Part shown: positions 7,860 to 20,807 of the stretch, piece after piece
How positions within the stretch are numbered: the stretch's first letter is position 1
How the letters are laid out: every line of letters begins with the position of its first letter
The notes under the pieces: generated by a model
What the model was told of the DNA's origin: nothing
What the model saw: the letters and a program-made list of their open reading frames with translations, nothing else
Database searches by the model: none
Position numbers and translations under genes: made by a program
NCBI GenBank assembly: GCA_049968315.1
Contig: JBMFRA010000008.1
Span: 662-64,661 of the forward strand
Reading direction: 5' to 3'
DNA: 64,000 bases
Origin: Acidobacteriota bacterium
GTDB taxonomy: Bacteria; Acidobacteriota; UBA4820; DSQY01

Positions 7860-9502
7860 GGGGCTCCCTCCACCACCGAAACCTCCACCGCCGTTCCGAA
7901 GGTCCGCCGGAAGAGGTCGGCCTTTCGCTTCATGGACCAGCCCTCCAGCAGGAGGTCGCCCTCCCCCTCTACCGCCAGGCGAACGTGCCCTTCCTGGAAG
8001 GAGACCTCCACCCGGTGGACCCGCTGGCGGTGCTCCCGGTCCAGGGCGTCGGCCAGCCGAAGGAGGGAAGCGAGGACCCGCACGGTGCGCCTCTCCCGGC
8101 GGTCCAGGAGGGCGAAGGACTCGTGCTGGGGTTTGGGGGGACTCCTCCGGTGGTACCGTGCCACGTTGGCCACCAGGAGGGTCTCCCGGGGCGAGAAACC
8201 GGCCAGCTCGCTGTTGGCGATGAGGTAGAGGCTGTGCTTGTGGTGCCGGTTGTAGCTCACGAAGGTGCCCACGTCGTGGAGAAGGGCCGCCGCCTGCAGG
8301 ACGGCCCGTTCCGGCGGCCCGAGCCGGTGGAGCTCCTTCGTCTGGTCGAAGAGGGAGAGGGCCAGGCGGGAGACGTGGCGGCCGTGGCTCTCGTCGAAGC
8401 CGTACTTCCGCCCCACGGGAAGGGCCGCCGCCTCCACCTCGGCCTCGCTCCGGCCCCCCCCGTCTCCTCCCCCCCAGGCTTCGGCCAGTTCCAGGACCAC
8501 CCCCTCCCGCAGGCCCACGAAGGGGACCCTTATCTCCCGGGCCCCCGCCAGGCGGGCCAGGCGAAGGTACACCAGCGCCGCGGGAAGGATGACGTCCGCC
8601 CGGTCCTCGCGGATGCCCAGGGTCTCGATCCGCTCCCGGTAACCCAGGGCCGCCAGCCGGCCCGTCAGGCGCTCCAGGACGCCGACCCCCAGCCTCGCCA
8701 CACCGCCCTTCTCCCGTGGGCAGAGGGCCAGGGCGGCCAGGGCTTCGGCGTTCCCCCCGGTGGCGATGCAGCCGAGGTTCATTCCCGAGAGGTCCCGGTG
8801 GAGGCGGAGGGTCCCCACGTACTCCGACAGGAGGCGCGGCAGGCGCCCGGCGTCGTCGGCGGCGGCGGCCAGCTCCTCCAGGAGGCGGACGGCCCCCATG
8901 GTATGTGACTCGCTCCAGAGGATCCCCGCCCGGTCGGCGAGGGCCACCTCCACGCTCCCCCCCCCCACGTCCACCAAGAGCCACCGCCGGGTTCCCAGGT
9001 CCATCCGGTGCTTCACCGCCCGGTAGACCAACCGTGCCTCCTCCGATCCGCCGATGGGTTCCAGCCGGATGCCGGCGCGCTCCCGGACCTCGGCGAGGAA
9101 GGCCTCCCCGTTCCGGCTTTCCCGCACCGCACTGGTGGCCACGGCGCGGTAGCGGGCGATGCCCAGGTCCTCCATCCGGCGCCGGTACTCCGAGAGGACC
9201 GCCACCGCCCTGGCGGCGGCCTGGCCATCGAGCTCCCCCCGGACGAAGACCCCGTGCCCCAGCCTCACGGGGCTTCGGCCCGCCTCCAGGACGTCGCAGG
9301 TGCCGCCGGAGAGGAAGCGGGCGGCGAGGAACCGGATGGCGTTGGATCCCACGTCCAGGGCGGCGCACCGAAACTCTCCACCCCCCAAGCCCCCCGCCGG
9401 GGGTGCCTCCGCCGGGATTTTTCCGCCGCTGGCTTTCCGAAGCCTGGCCGCCAAGGATGCCTCCCCCGCCCTTCTGCCCGATCTTCGTTTCTTTTTCAAC
9501 AT
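7856..9502 (-). CDS. ppx: Exopolyphosphatase / guanosine pentaphosphate phosphohydrolase (Ppx/GppA N-terminal domain + HD domain)
   Basis: FRCAALDVGSNAIRF and LLVDVGGGSVEV (ASKHA-fold Ppx/GppA motifs). The C-terminal part has LLHDVG ... HHKHS (HD domain). The start chosen is MLKKKRR at 9502; an upstream in-frame Met at about 9577 is an alternative. Confidence 0.85.
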   Translation of the reverse strand: MLKKKRRSGRRAGEASLAARLRKASGGKIPAEAPPAGGLGGGEFRCAALDVGSNAIRFLAARFLSGGTCDVLEAGRSPVRLGHGVFVRGELDGQAAARAVAVLSEYRRRMEDLGIARYRAVATSAVRESRNGEAFLAEVRERAGIRLEPIGGSEEARLVYRAVKHRMDLGTRRWLLVDVGGGSVEVALADRAGILWSESHTMGAVRLLEELAAAADDAGRLPRLLSEYVGTLRLHRDLSGMNLGCIATGGNAEALAALALCPREKGGVARLGVGVLERLTGRLAALGYRERIETLGIREDRADVILPAALVYLRLARLAGAREIRVPFVGLREGVVLELAEAWGGGDGGGRSEAEVEAAALPVGRKYGFDESHGRHVSRLALSLFDQTKELHRLGPPERAVLQAAALLHDVGTFVSYNRHHKHSLYLIANSELAGFSPRETLLVANVARYHRRSPPKPQHESFALLDRRERRTVRVLASLLRLADALDREHRQRVHRVEVSFQEGHVRLAVEGEGDLLLEGWSMKRKADLFRRTFGTAVEVSVVEGAP

Positions 9503-9598
9503 AGCGGTTTTTCTCTTCCGAAGCAATCGGGGCTCCCCTTTCCACCCCTTTCCTTTCCCGGCGATCGGGCGCATACTGAACCGGATGTGAAGGAAGGG

Positions 9599-9632
9599 AT
9601 ATCCACAACCTGTGGAAATAACTGTGAATAAA
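9599..9632. promoter_or_regulatory. Three DnaA boxes immediately upstream of dnaA start (ATATCCACA; TGTGGAAAT = ATTTCCACA rc; TGTGAATAA = TTATTCACA rc)
   Basis: Direct match to the TTATCCACA consensus with 1 to 2 mismatches each, at 9599-9607, 9611-9619 and 9624-9632. The last box ends 2 nt before the dnaA ATG. Confidence 0.7.
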
Positions 9633-9634
9633 CC

Positions 9635-10975
9635 ATGAGCCACCGCCTGTGGGCCCAGATCCTGGAAAAGGTGAAATCGAGGGTACCGGAGAGCACCTAC
9701 GCCTCCTGGTTCAAGCCTCTCAAGCTCCTTCGTGTGGAGGAGTCCCAGGTGGTTCTCCTGACCCCCAACCCCCTCTTCCGGGAGTGGCTCGAGAGCCACT
9801 ACCGGGGGGTTTTGGAGGAGGCCGCCGCCGACGCCGGCCACCCTGGGCTGGCCATCTCCTTCGAGGACGGCCCCGGGGAGGAACTGGTCCTCCAGCCGGA
9901 GCCCGCCCCCAAGGCCTCCTCCCGGAAGGAGAAGGCCCCTCCCGCCTCCTCCCCTTCCGATCCCCTCTTCAACCCCCAGTACCGCTTCGACACCTTCGTG
10001 GTGGGCCCCTCCAACCGCTTCGCCTTCGCGGCCTGCCTGGCCGTGGCCCAGAATCCCTCCCGCTCCTACAATCCTCTCTACATTTACGGCGGCGTCGGTC
10101 TCGGAAAGACCCACCTCATGCAGTCCATCGGGGCGGAGATCAAGCGGAACAACCCCGATCTGAAGGTCTGCTACCTGTCCACCGAGCGGTTCATGAACGA
10201 GATGATCGCGTCCATCACCCACCGGAAGCAGCACGAGTTCCGGGAGCGCTACCGCCGGGCCGACGTGATCCTCCTCGACGACGTCCAGTTCCTTTCGGGC
10301 AAGGAGGGGACCCAGGAGGAACTCTTCCACACCTTCAACGCCCTCCACGAATCCCAGCGCCAGATCGTCCTCTCCTCTGACTGCCCTCCCCGGGATCTGC
10401 ACAGCATCGAGGAGCGCCTGCGCTCCCGCTTCGAGTGGGGCCTCATCGCCGACATCCAGCCCCCGGAGCTGGAGACCAAGGTGGCCATCCTGTACAAGAA
10501 GGCCGAGGCCTACCGGGTCGCCCTCCCGGAAGAGGTGGCCCTCTTCATCGCCGGGCGCATCAAGAGCAACATCCGGGAGCTGGAGGGTTGCCTCCTCCGG
10601 CTCATCGCCTTCTCCTCCTTCAAGGGCCTTCCCATCACCGTGGACCTGGCACGGGAGACCTTCGAGAGCCTCTTCAAGGAGGACGGCCGGGCCCCCACCA
10701 TCGAGTCCATCCAGCGCCACGTGGCGGCCTACTACAAGATGCGCCTCCAGGACCTCAAGGCCCGTACCAACAAGGCCAGCATCGTGCTGCCGCGCCAGGT
10801 GGCCATGTACCTCTGCAAGGAGCTGACCTCCTGCTCGCTGCCGGAGATCGGCCGGAAGTTCGGGGGCAAGCACCACACCACCGTCCTCCACGCCATCCGG
10901 AAGATCGACGAGCAAGCCAAGAAGGATCCCAACCTTCAACAGGCTATCCACAACCTAGTTCGTTCCATTCGCTGA
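9635..10975 (+). CDS. dnaA: Chromosomal replication initiator protein DnaA
   Basis: Full-length DnaA with AAA+ Walker [11 protein letters not shown], sensor motifs and a C-terminal DNA-binding domain (HTTVLHA). ATG at 9635. Confidence 0.97.
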   Translation: MSHRLWAQILEKVKSRVPESTYASWFKPLKLLRVEESQVVLLTPNPLFREWLESHYRGVLEEAAADAGHPGLAISFEDGPGEELVLQPEPAPKASSRKEKAPPASSPSDPLFNPQYRFDTFVVGPSNRFAFAACLAVAQNPSRSYNPLYIYGGVGLGKTHLMQSIGAEIKRNNPDLKVCYLSTERFMNEMIASITHRKQHEFRERYRRADVILLDDVQFLSGKEGTQEELFHTFNALHESQRQIVLSSDCPPRDLHSIEERLRSRFEWGLIADIQPPELETKVAILYKKAEAYRVALPEEVALFIAGRIKSNIRELEGCLLRLIAFSSFKGLPITVDLARETFESLFKEDGRAPTIESIQRHVAAYYKMRLQDLKARTNKASIVLPRQVAMYLCKELTSCSLPEIGRKFGGKHHTTVLHAIRKIDEQAKKDPNLQQAIHNLVRSIR

Positions 10976-10989
10976 GGAAAGGGACGTTC

Positions 10990-11140
10990 GGTGGAAAAGG
11001 TGCCTTGGAAAAACTGTGGAAAAGCCTGGGGGTGTTTCCAGGGGGGTCTTTTCCTCGCCCTCCACGGAGTTCTCCACAGTACTCCGGCGACCTGCAACTT
11101 CGGCCCGCCGGGACCTCCGGTACTTTTCCACAGATCCACA
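10990..11140. promoter_or_regulatory. DnaA-box cluster in dnaA-dnaN intergenic region (candidate oriC part)
   Basis: Boxes TGTGGAAAA (11016-11024, rc TTTTCCACA), TTCTCCACA (11070-11078), TTTTCCACA (11124-11132) and AGATCCACA (11132-11140), plus weaker GGTGGAAAA (10990-10998). A CTATCCACA also sits at 10944-10952 inside the dnaA 3' end. Confidence 0.6.
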
Positions 11141-11183
11141 GCCCCTACTACGGCTACTGCCTCTATCTAAGGGGAGAGATCCT

Positions 11184-12307
11184 ATGGAGACGAGAATCGA
11201 AGCCCGGAGCCTCCTTTCCGAACTGACGCTGGCCCAGGGGATCGTCGAGTCCAAGGCCACCATTCCCATCCTGGCCAACTTTCTGCTGAGAACCACAGAA
11301 AACGCCTTGGAGATCGCCGCCTCGGACCTGGAGGTGACCCTCCGCTGCCGCTGCCCCGCGGAGATCCTGGAGGAGGGCGGCGTCACCGTTTCGGCGAAGA
11401 AGTTCTCCTCCCTCGTCCGGGCCTTTGCGGGCCTGGAGGGGCGGCTCTCCGTCAAGACGACGGCCCAGGGAAGGCTCTTCCTCCAGCCGGAGGGGGGGCG
11501 CCAGGAGTACCACCTGCAGACCCTTCCGCAAGAAGACTTCCCCACCCTTCTCTCCCCCGACGGGGGCAAGAGCCTGGAGCTCCCCATGGAGGCCCTCAAG
11601 CGGTGCATCTCCGAAGCCCTGGTCTCGGTGGGGGTGGAGGAGAGCCGCTTCTCGGTCCGGGGGGGGCTCCTGCTCCTGGAGAGCGGGCGCCTGGCCCTGG
11701 TTTCCACCGACTCCCACCGCCTGACCTACACCGAGTGGCTGGGCCCCGTGGGGGTGGAGGAGCCCATGCGCCTTCTCGTGCCCCGGAAGACCCTGACGGA
11801 GTTCCTCAAACTGGATGGGGAGGAGAAGGTCCGGGTCTCCTTCCGGGACAGCACCATCTTCCTGGAAACGGGAAACCGCCTTCTCTACAGCCGCCTCATG
11901 GACACCACCTTCCCGGCCTGGGAAAAGGTGATCCCCCAGGGTTCGGACAAGCTGGCGGTGATGAACCGGGCGGAACTCCAGGAGCGCCTGCGGCGGGTTT
12001 CCAACGTGGCGGAGTCCAAGACCCGGGCCGTGATCCTCTCCTTCGACCCGGCGGGGAGCCTCGAGGTCCTGGCGCGGAATGCCGAGACGGGGGACGAGGG
12101 GAGGGAGTACCTCTCCTGCGAGCGGTACGAGGGCGAGGCGGTCCAGCTCCTCTTCAACGCCGACTACATTCTGGACTTCCTGGGGGCCTGCTCCGAGGAG
12201 AAGGTCCGGATGGCCATGAAGGACGGGGAACACCAGGCCCTGCTGCAGCCGGTGCGCCCCGAGGGGGCTCCCCAGCACCAGTACGTCATCATGCCGTTGA
12301 GGTTTGA

Positions 12308-12311
<4 letters not shown>
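11184..12311 (+). CDS. dnaN: DNA polymerase III beta sliding clamp
   Basis: Start METRIEAR at 11184 preceded by AGGGGAGAG; the listed ORF start at 11016 is an upstream extension. Three-domain beta-clamp sequence. Confidence 0.93.
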
Positions 12312-15804
<3,493 letters not shown>

Positions 15805-15853
15805 GCCCCCGGGCACCCCGAGACGGTGCCCCGGGCCACCGAGGAACGCGACG

Positions 15854-18382
15854 ATGAAAGAAGAGCCCCAACTCTTCGACCGCCCCCAGCCGGTGAACCT
15901 CGAGGAAGAGCTCAAGCGCAGCTACCTCGATTACGCCATGAGCGTCATCATCGGGCGGGCCCTTCCCGACGCCCGGGACGGCCTCAAGCCGGTCCACCGG
16001 CGGATCCTGTACGGCATGTACCTGGGGGGCAACCACTGGAACCGCCCCTACAAGAAGTCCGCCCGCATCGTGGGCGACGTCATGGGGAAGTTCCACCCCC
16101 ACGGCGACGCCGCCATCTACGACACCCTGGTCCGGATGGCCCAGGACTTCTCCATGCGCCACCCCCTGGTGGACGGACAGGGCAACTTCGGCTCCATCGA
16201 CGGCGACGCCCCGGCGGCCATGCGGTACACCGAGGTCCGCATGGCCAAGCTGGCCCACGCGCTGGTTTCGGATATCGAGAAGGCCACCGTGGACTTCGTC
16301 CCCAACTACGACGGGGAGGAGACGGAGCCGGTGGTCCTCCCCTGCCTCTTCCCCAACCTGCTGGTCAACGGGTCGGCGGGGATCGCCGTGGGGATGGCCA
16401 CCAACATCCCGCCCCACAACCTGGGGGAGGTGGCCGAGGCGGTGGTGGCCCTGGTGGAACGTCCGGAGATCACCACCCCCGAGCTCATGAAGATCCTGCC
16501 GGGGCCGGACTTCCCCACCGCGGGCCTCATCCTGGGGCGGGAGGGGATCCGCCAGGCGTACGAGACCGGCAAGGGACTGATCAAGGTCCGGGCCCGGGCC
16601 CACGTGGAAGAGCTGAAGAAGGACCGGGAGGCCATCGTCGTCACCGAGGTTCCCTACCAGGTCAACAAGGCGAACCTCATCGAGAAGATCGCCGGCCTGG
16701 TGAAGGAAAAGAAGATCACCGGGATCACCGACATCCGGGACGAGTCGAGCCGGGAGGGGATCCGGGTAGTTCTGGAGCTGGGCCGGGGGGAGATCGGCGA
16801 CATCGTCCTCAAGCAGCTCTACAAGTTCACGGAGATGGAGACGACCTTCGGCGTCCAGCTCCTGGCCATCTCCGGGGGCCAACCCAAAACCTTCACCCTG
16901 AAGGGGCTCCTCTCGGCCTTCGTGGACCACCGGAAGGAGGTCATCGTCCGGCGGACCCGCTTCGACCTGGAGCGGGCCAAGGAGCGGGCCCACGTCCTGG
17001 AAGGCCTCACCGTGGCCCTGGACCACCTGGACGCCGTCATCGCCCTGATCCGCGCCGCCAAGGACCCCGAAGAGGCCCGGGCCGGCCTCATGGAGAAGTT
17101 CTCCCTCTCGGAGATTCAGGCCAAGGCCATCCTGGACATGCGGCTCCAGCGGCTCACCGGACTCGAGCGGGACAAGATCCTGGCCGAGTACCGAGAGGTC
17201 CTCCAGAAGATCGCCGAGCTCTCGGAGATCCTGGGGAGCGAGGCACGGGTCAAGGCGATCCTCTGCGACGAGATGCGGGCCCTCAAGGCCGAGTTCGCCG
17301 ACGGCCGCCGGACCCAGATTGTGGACGACACGGGGGAGATCTCCATCGAAGAACTCATCGCCGACGAGGAGATGGTGATCACCGTCACCCACGGCGGCTA
17401 CATCAAGCGGACGGCGCTGGCCGAGTACCGGAGCCAGCACCGCGGCGGCAAGGGGCGTTCGGGGATGGCGCCCCGGGAGGACGACTTCGTCGAGCACCTC
17501 TTCGTCGCCATGAACCACGACCGCTTCCTCTTCTTCAGCAACCAGGGGAAAGTGTATGGCCTCAAGGTCTACGAGCTCCCCGAGGCGGGGACGGCGGCCC
17601 GGGGCCGGGCCCTGGTGAACCTCCTGGCCCTGGGGGCCGAGGAGAAGATCCTGGGCCTCCTCTCCGCCCGGGGCTGCTTCGACGCCAACCACTTCCTGGT
17701 GCTGGCCACCCGGCAAGGGCTCGTGAAGAAGACCCCCATGGACGAGTTCGAATCCATCCGGGCCAGCGGCAAGATCGCCATGACCTTCCGGGAGGGGGAC
17801 GAGCTGGTGGGGGCCGGCATTTCCGACGGTACCGGCCACATCTTCCTGGCCACCCGGGAAGGGCGGTGCATCACCTTCCCCGAGGAGGAGGTCCGCCCCA
17901 CCGGAAGGACGAGCCAGGGGGTCCAGGGGATCCGGCTCAAGGAGGGCGACGTGGTGGTGGAGATGGAGATCCTCCGGGGCACGGTGGTGGAGGCGGTGGA
18001 CGAAGAGGGTGCCGGCCGAGCCGTCTCGGGGGAGGGCGACATCCTCACCGTCACCGAAAAGGGCTTCGGCAAGCGGACGCCCCTGGCCCACTACCGCATC
18101 CAGCGCCGGGCCGGCACCGGAATCCTGAACCTCCTCATGACCCCCAAGAACGGTCCCGTGGTGGGCGGCCTCCACGTCCGGGAAGAGGACGAGATCGTGC
18201 TGGTCACCGCCCAGGGCCAGCTCATCCGCACCCCCGCCAAGGGCATCTCCCGCATCGGCCGCCGGACCCAGGGCCTCAAGGTCATCCACCTCGACGAGGG
18301 CGACAAGGTGGTGTCGGTGGCGAAGCACGCCCCCGAGGGGTCGGAGAACGGAAACGGAGAAGGCCCGCCGGAGGCCCGCTGA
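15854..18382 (+). CDS. gyrA: DNA gyrase subunit A
   Basis: The ~130-aa N-terminal segment (YAMSVIIGRALPDARDGLKPVHRRIL ... HPHGD ... AMRYTEVRMA) carries the active-site Tyr and QRDR region. C-terminal beta-pinwheel repeats follow. Confidence 0.97.
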   Translation: MKEEPQLFDRPQPVNLEEELKRSYLDYAMSVIIGRALPDARDGLKPVHRRILYGMYLGGNHWNRPYKKSARIVGDVMGKFHPHGDAAIYDTLVRMAQDFSMRHPLVDGQGNFGSIDGDAPAAMRYTEVRMAKLAHALVSDIEKATVDFVPNYDGEETEPVVLPCLFPNLLVNGSAGIAVGMATNIPPHNLGEVAEAVVALVERPEITTPELMKILPGPDFPTAGLILGREGIRQAYETGKGLIKVRARAHVEELKKDREAIVVTEVPYQVNKANLIEKIAGLVKEKKITGITDIRDESSREGIRVVLELGRGEIGDIVLKQLYKFTEMETTFGVQLLAISGGQPKTFTLKGLLSAFVDHRKEVIVRRTRFDLERAKERAHVLEGLTVALDHLDAVIALIRAAKDPEEARAGLMEKFSLSEIQAKAILDMRLQRLTGLERDKILAEYREVLQKIAELSEILGSEARVKAILCDEMRALKAEFADGRRTQIVDDTGEISIEELIADEEMVITVTHGGYIKRTALAEYRSQHRGGKGRSGMAPREDDFVEHLFVAMNHDRFLFFSNQGKVYGLKVYELPEAGTAARGRALVNLLALGAEEKILGLLSARGCFDANHFLVLATRQGLVKKTPMDEFESIRASGKIAMTFREGDELVGAGISDGTGHIFLATREGRCITFPEEEVRPTGRTSQGVQGIRLKEGDVVVEMEILRGTVVEAVDEEGAGRAVSGEGDILTVTEKGFGKRTPLAHYRIQRRAGTGILNLLMTPKNGPVVGGLHVREEDEIVLVTAQGQLIRTPAKGISRIGRRTQGLKVIHLDEGDKVVSVAKHAPEGSENGNGEGPPEAR

Positions 18383-18456
18383 GATTCGACCCGGTGGAAA
18401 GGGGGGCCGTCCCCTTGAGAAGGGGGGGGCGGAGGTGTTATACTAACCTTCTGAGC

Positions 18457-18534
<78 letters not shown>

Positions 18535-18549
18535 GCTCGGAAGGAGAGA

Positions 18550-18587
18550 GGGGAGGGCCCCACCAGCCCTCCCCTCTTCGCTTCTCC
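18550..18587 (+). terminator. Putative intrinsic terminator after tRNA-Asp
   Basis: GC hairpin GGGGAGGGC(loop)GCCCTCCCC followed by the T-rich tract TCTTCGCTTCTCC. Confidence 0.45.
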
Positions 18588-18593
18588 GCTAGA

Positions 18594-20072
18594 ATGGCTC
18601 CAGGAGTGGAGAGACCCATGGAGCGGTACGATGCGGTGATCGTCGGGGGGGGTGCCGCCGGCCAGGCGGCGGCCCGGGGTCTGGGGCGCCTGGGAGCCCG
18701 GGTCCTCCTCGTGGAGCGGGAGAGCCTGGGGGGGGACTGCATGGCCTGGGGGTGCGTCCCCAGCAAGACCTTCCTCCACCTGGCCCGGCTCCTGGTGGAG
18801 GCGCGGAAGGGCCCCGCCCGGGGGATCGGCCTCGGCGAACCCTCCTTCGATTACGCCGCCGCCCGGCGGTACGTGGCGTCCGTCCAGGCCTCCCTGGGGC
18901 GGCGGGATGTGGAGGAGGGGCTCAAGGGGGCGGGGGTGGAGCTCCACCAGGGGGCCCCCCGCTTCTTGGCCCCCGACCTCCTGGATGTGGGCGGAAAGAC
19001 CGTGAAGGCCCGCCACGTCGTCCTGGCCACCGGTGCCCACGCCGTGCCCCCCCCCATCGAAGGCCTGCCGGAGACCGGGTACCTCGACAGCCGGCGGGCC
19101 CTGGCGCTGGAGTCCCTCCCCCGCTCCCTGGTGATCCTGGGGGGCGGGCCCATCGGCGTGGAGTTCGCCCAGATGTACCGCCGGATGGGGGTAGCGGTGA
19201 CCCTGGTGGAGTCCAACCCCCGGCCCCTCCCCCGGGAGGAGCCGGAGGCCGGGGAGTACCTCCTCAAGGTCCTCCGGGACGAGGGTGTCGGCTTTCTGGG
19301 GGAGCGAAGGGCCGTCCGGGCGGTGAAGACCGCCGCGGGGAAGGGGCTGGTTCTGAGGGACGCCGCCGGGGGCGAAACGGTGGCGGAGGCGGAGGAGATC
19401 CTCATCGCCACGGGGCGTTCCCCCAACGTGGAAGGCCTCGACCTCCAGCGGGCCGGGGTGGCCCACGACCGAACGGGAATCCAGGTGGACCGGACCATGG
19501 GGACCACGGCCCCCGGAGTGTGGGCCGTCGGGGACTGCAACGGCCTGTACCAATTCGCCCACATGGCCGAGCACGAGGCGGGGGTCGCCGTCCGGAACAT
19601 CGTCCGGGGCCGCCTGCCCGCACTGTTTCACGAGCGGATGCACTTCCGGGCCGTGGCCTGGGTGACCTATACCGATCCGGAGGTGGCCCACTGCGGCCTG
19701 ACGGAGGGGGAGGCTCGGGAGCGGGGAATCCCCCACCACGTCCTCACCTACGACTTCGACCACCTGGACCGGGCGGTCATCGAGGACCGCCCCGGCGGCC
19801 TGGCCAAGGTTCTCACGGACCGAAGGGGCCGCCTGCTGGGCGCCCACATGGTGGGGGCCCACGCCGGGGAACTCCTCCAGGAGTTGGTCCTGGGGGTCCG
19901 GCTGGGCCTGAGGGTCGCCGACATCTCCCAGACGGTCCACCCCTACCCGGCTTTCGTCCAGATGGCCCGGCGGGCCGCCAACGTCTACTACGCCAGGACC
20001 CTCTACGAGAACCCCCGGCGCATCGCATTTCTGAAGCGCCTCGCCGGCTTCGAAGGCCGGGGAAAAACCTGA
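18594..20072 (+). CDS. Class I pyridine nucleotide-disulfide oxidoreductase (dihydrolipoamide dehydrogenase / glutathione reductase / MerA-like)
   Basis: FAD motif DAVIVGGGAAG, redox-active disulfide GGDCMAWGCVPSK, an NAD-binding GGGPIGVE and a C-terminal dimerization domain with HPYP. The start could also be the Met at 18618. Confidence 0.85.
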   Translation: MAPGVERPMERYDAVIVGGGAAGQAAARGLGRLGARVLLVERESLGGDCMAWGCVPSKTFLHLARLLVEARKGPARGIGLGEPSFDYAAARRYVASVQASLGRRDVEEGLKGAGVELHQGAPRFLAPDLLDVGGKTVKARHVVLATGAHAVPPPIEGLPETGYLDSRRALALESLPRSLVILGGGPIGVEFAQMYRRMGVAVTLVESNPRPLPREEPEAGEYLLKVLRDEGVGFLGERRAVRAVKTAAGKGLVLRDAAGGETVAEAEEILIATGRSPNVEGLDLQRAGVAHDRTGIQVDRTMGTTAPGVWAVGDCNGLYQFAHMAEHEAGVAVRNIVRGRLPALFHERMHFRAVAWVTYTDPEVAHCGLTEGEARERGIPHHVLTYDFDHLDRAVIEDRPGGLAKVLTDRRGRLLGAHMVGAHAGELLQELVLGVRLGLRVADISQTVHPYPAFVQMARRAANVYYARTLYENPRRIAFLKRLAGFEGRGKT

Positions 20073-20542
20073 AGCAGATTCCGCCGGAGGCGAGATCCGT
20101 TTTGCTTCGCCGGGCCTCCTCCGGTGGACCGTCCTTTCCGCCCCCGCGGTGCGGGGGTGGGGAGAGACGGAAACGGGAACCGGCAGCCGATCTCGAGGGG
20201 GCGCCCCGGAGATCCTCCGCCCAGGGGTCCCCGGGAGATCTCAACCAATAAAACTTGCTTAAAAAAGATAACCGCTTCTGGTTTTTCGTTCCGGATTCTT
20301 TCGCAGAAAAAAGTTTGTTCGACACCCGGAAAATCGGGAAGCGGGCCCCCCTTTGGAGGAGGGGCGGCTCTCCGTTTTCCCCGGCCCCCGGGGGCCGGGC
20401 CCCGGCGTTCCCCCGGCGGGACGGCTCGGGAAAGGGCCTGCCATACCCCCTCCCCATTCGCCTCCGAACCGCCTCTCGGGGCAACTGAAGGTTTGGGCCG
20501 ATTCCCGGGGAGGGGAGCCGCCGGGTTTCGAAGGGGGTGGGG

Positions 20543-20569
20543 AAAAAAAGGAGGGCCTTTCGGCCCTCC
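20543..20569 (-). terminator. Rho-independent terminator downstream of cold-shock gene
   Basis: On the minus strand GGAGGGCC-GAAA-GGCCCTCC is followed by TTTTTTT, 30 nt after the csp stop. Confidence 0.8.
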
Positions 20570-20600
20570 TCGGGGTTGTGTCCGTGCGTAGCGCGGGGCG

Positions 20601-20807
20601 TTACTCGCGGACCACCTTCACCTGGTCCGCCTGGGGACCCTTGTTCCCGTCCTTCACTTCGAAGGTGACGCGGTCGCCCTCCTGGAGCTTCCGGAAGCCG
20701 GTCCCCACGATGGCGCTGTAGTGGACGAAGACGTCCTTTCCCTCGTCCATGGTGATGAATCCGTACCCCTTCTTCTCGTCGAACCACTTCACCGTACCGC
20801 TGGCCAT
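20601..20807 (-). CDS. csp: Cold-shock protein (CspA family, S1-like cold-shock domain)
   Basis: 68 aa with the RNP1/RNP2 motifs ([15 protein letters not shown] ... VFVHYSAI). Confidence 0.95.
   Translation of the reverse strand: MASGTVKWFDEKKGYGFITMDEGKDVFVHYSAIVGTGFRKLQEGDRVTFEVKDGNKGPQADQVKVVRE

Noticed and set aside
9503-10951. Upper part of the 1031-aa minus-strand ORF 7856..10951 extending over dnaA
   Set aside because: Only the segment 7856-9502 encodes a real protein (Ppx/GppA homology begins at MLKKK/EFRCAALDVGSN). The remainder is antisense to dnaA and runs through the DnaA-box promoter region.
18594-20072. Mercury-resistance (mer) element, given the MerA-like oxidoreductase next to a tRNA
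   Set aside because: There is no N-terminal HMA metal-binding domain (GMTCxxC) and no C-terminal Cys pair typical of MerA. No merR/merT/merP were found nearby, so a generic Lpd/GR-family flavoprotein is more likely.
20073-20600. Second replication origin / DUE at the AT-rich island
   Set aside because: There are no DnaA-box matches in or around the island, and it lies 9 kb from dnaA on the leading-strand side. It is treated instead as a possible sRNA or regulatory region.
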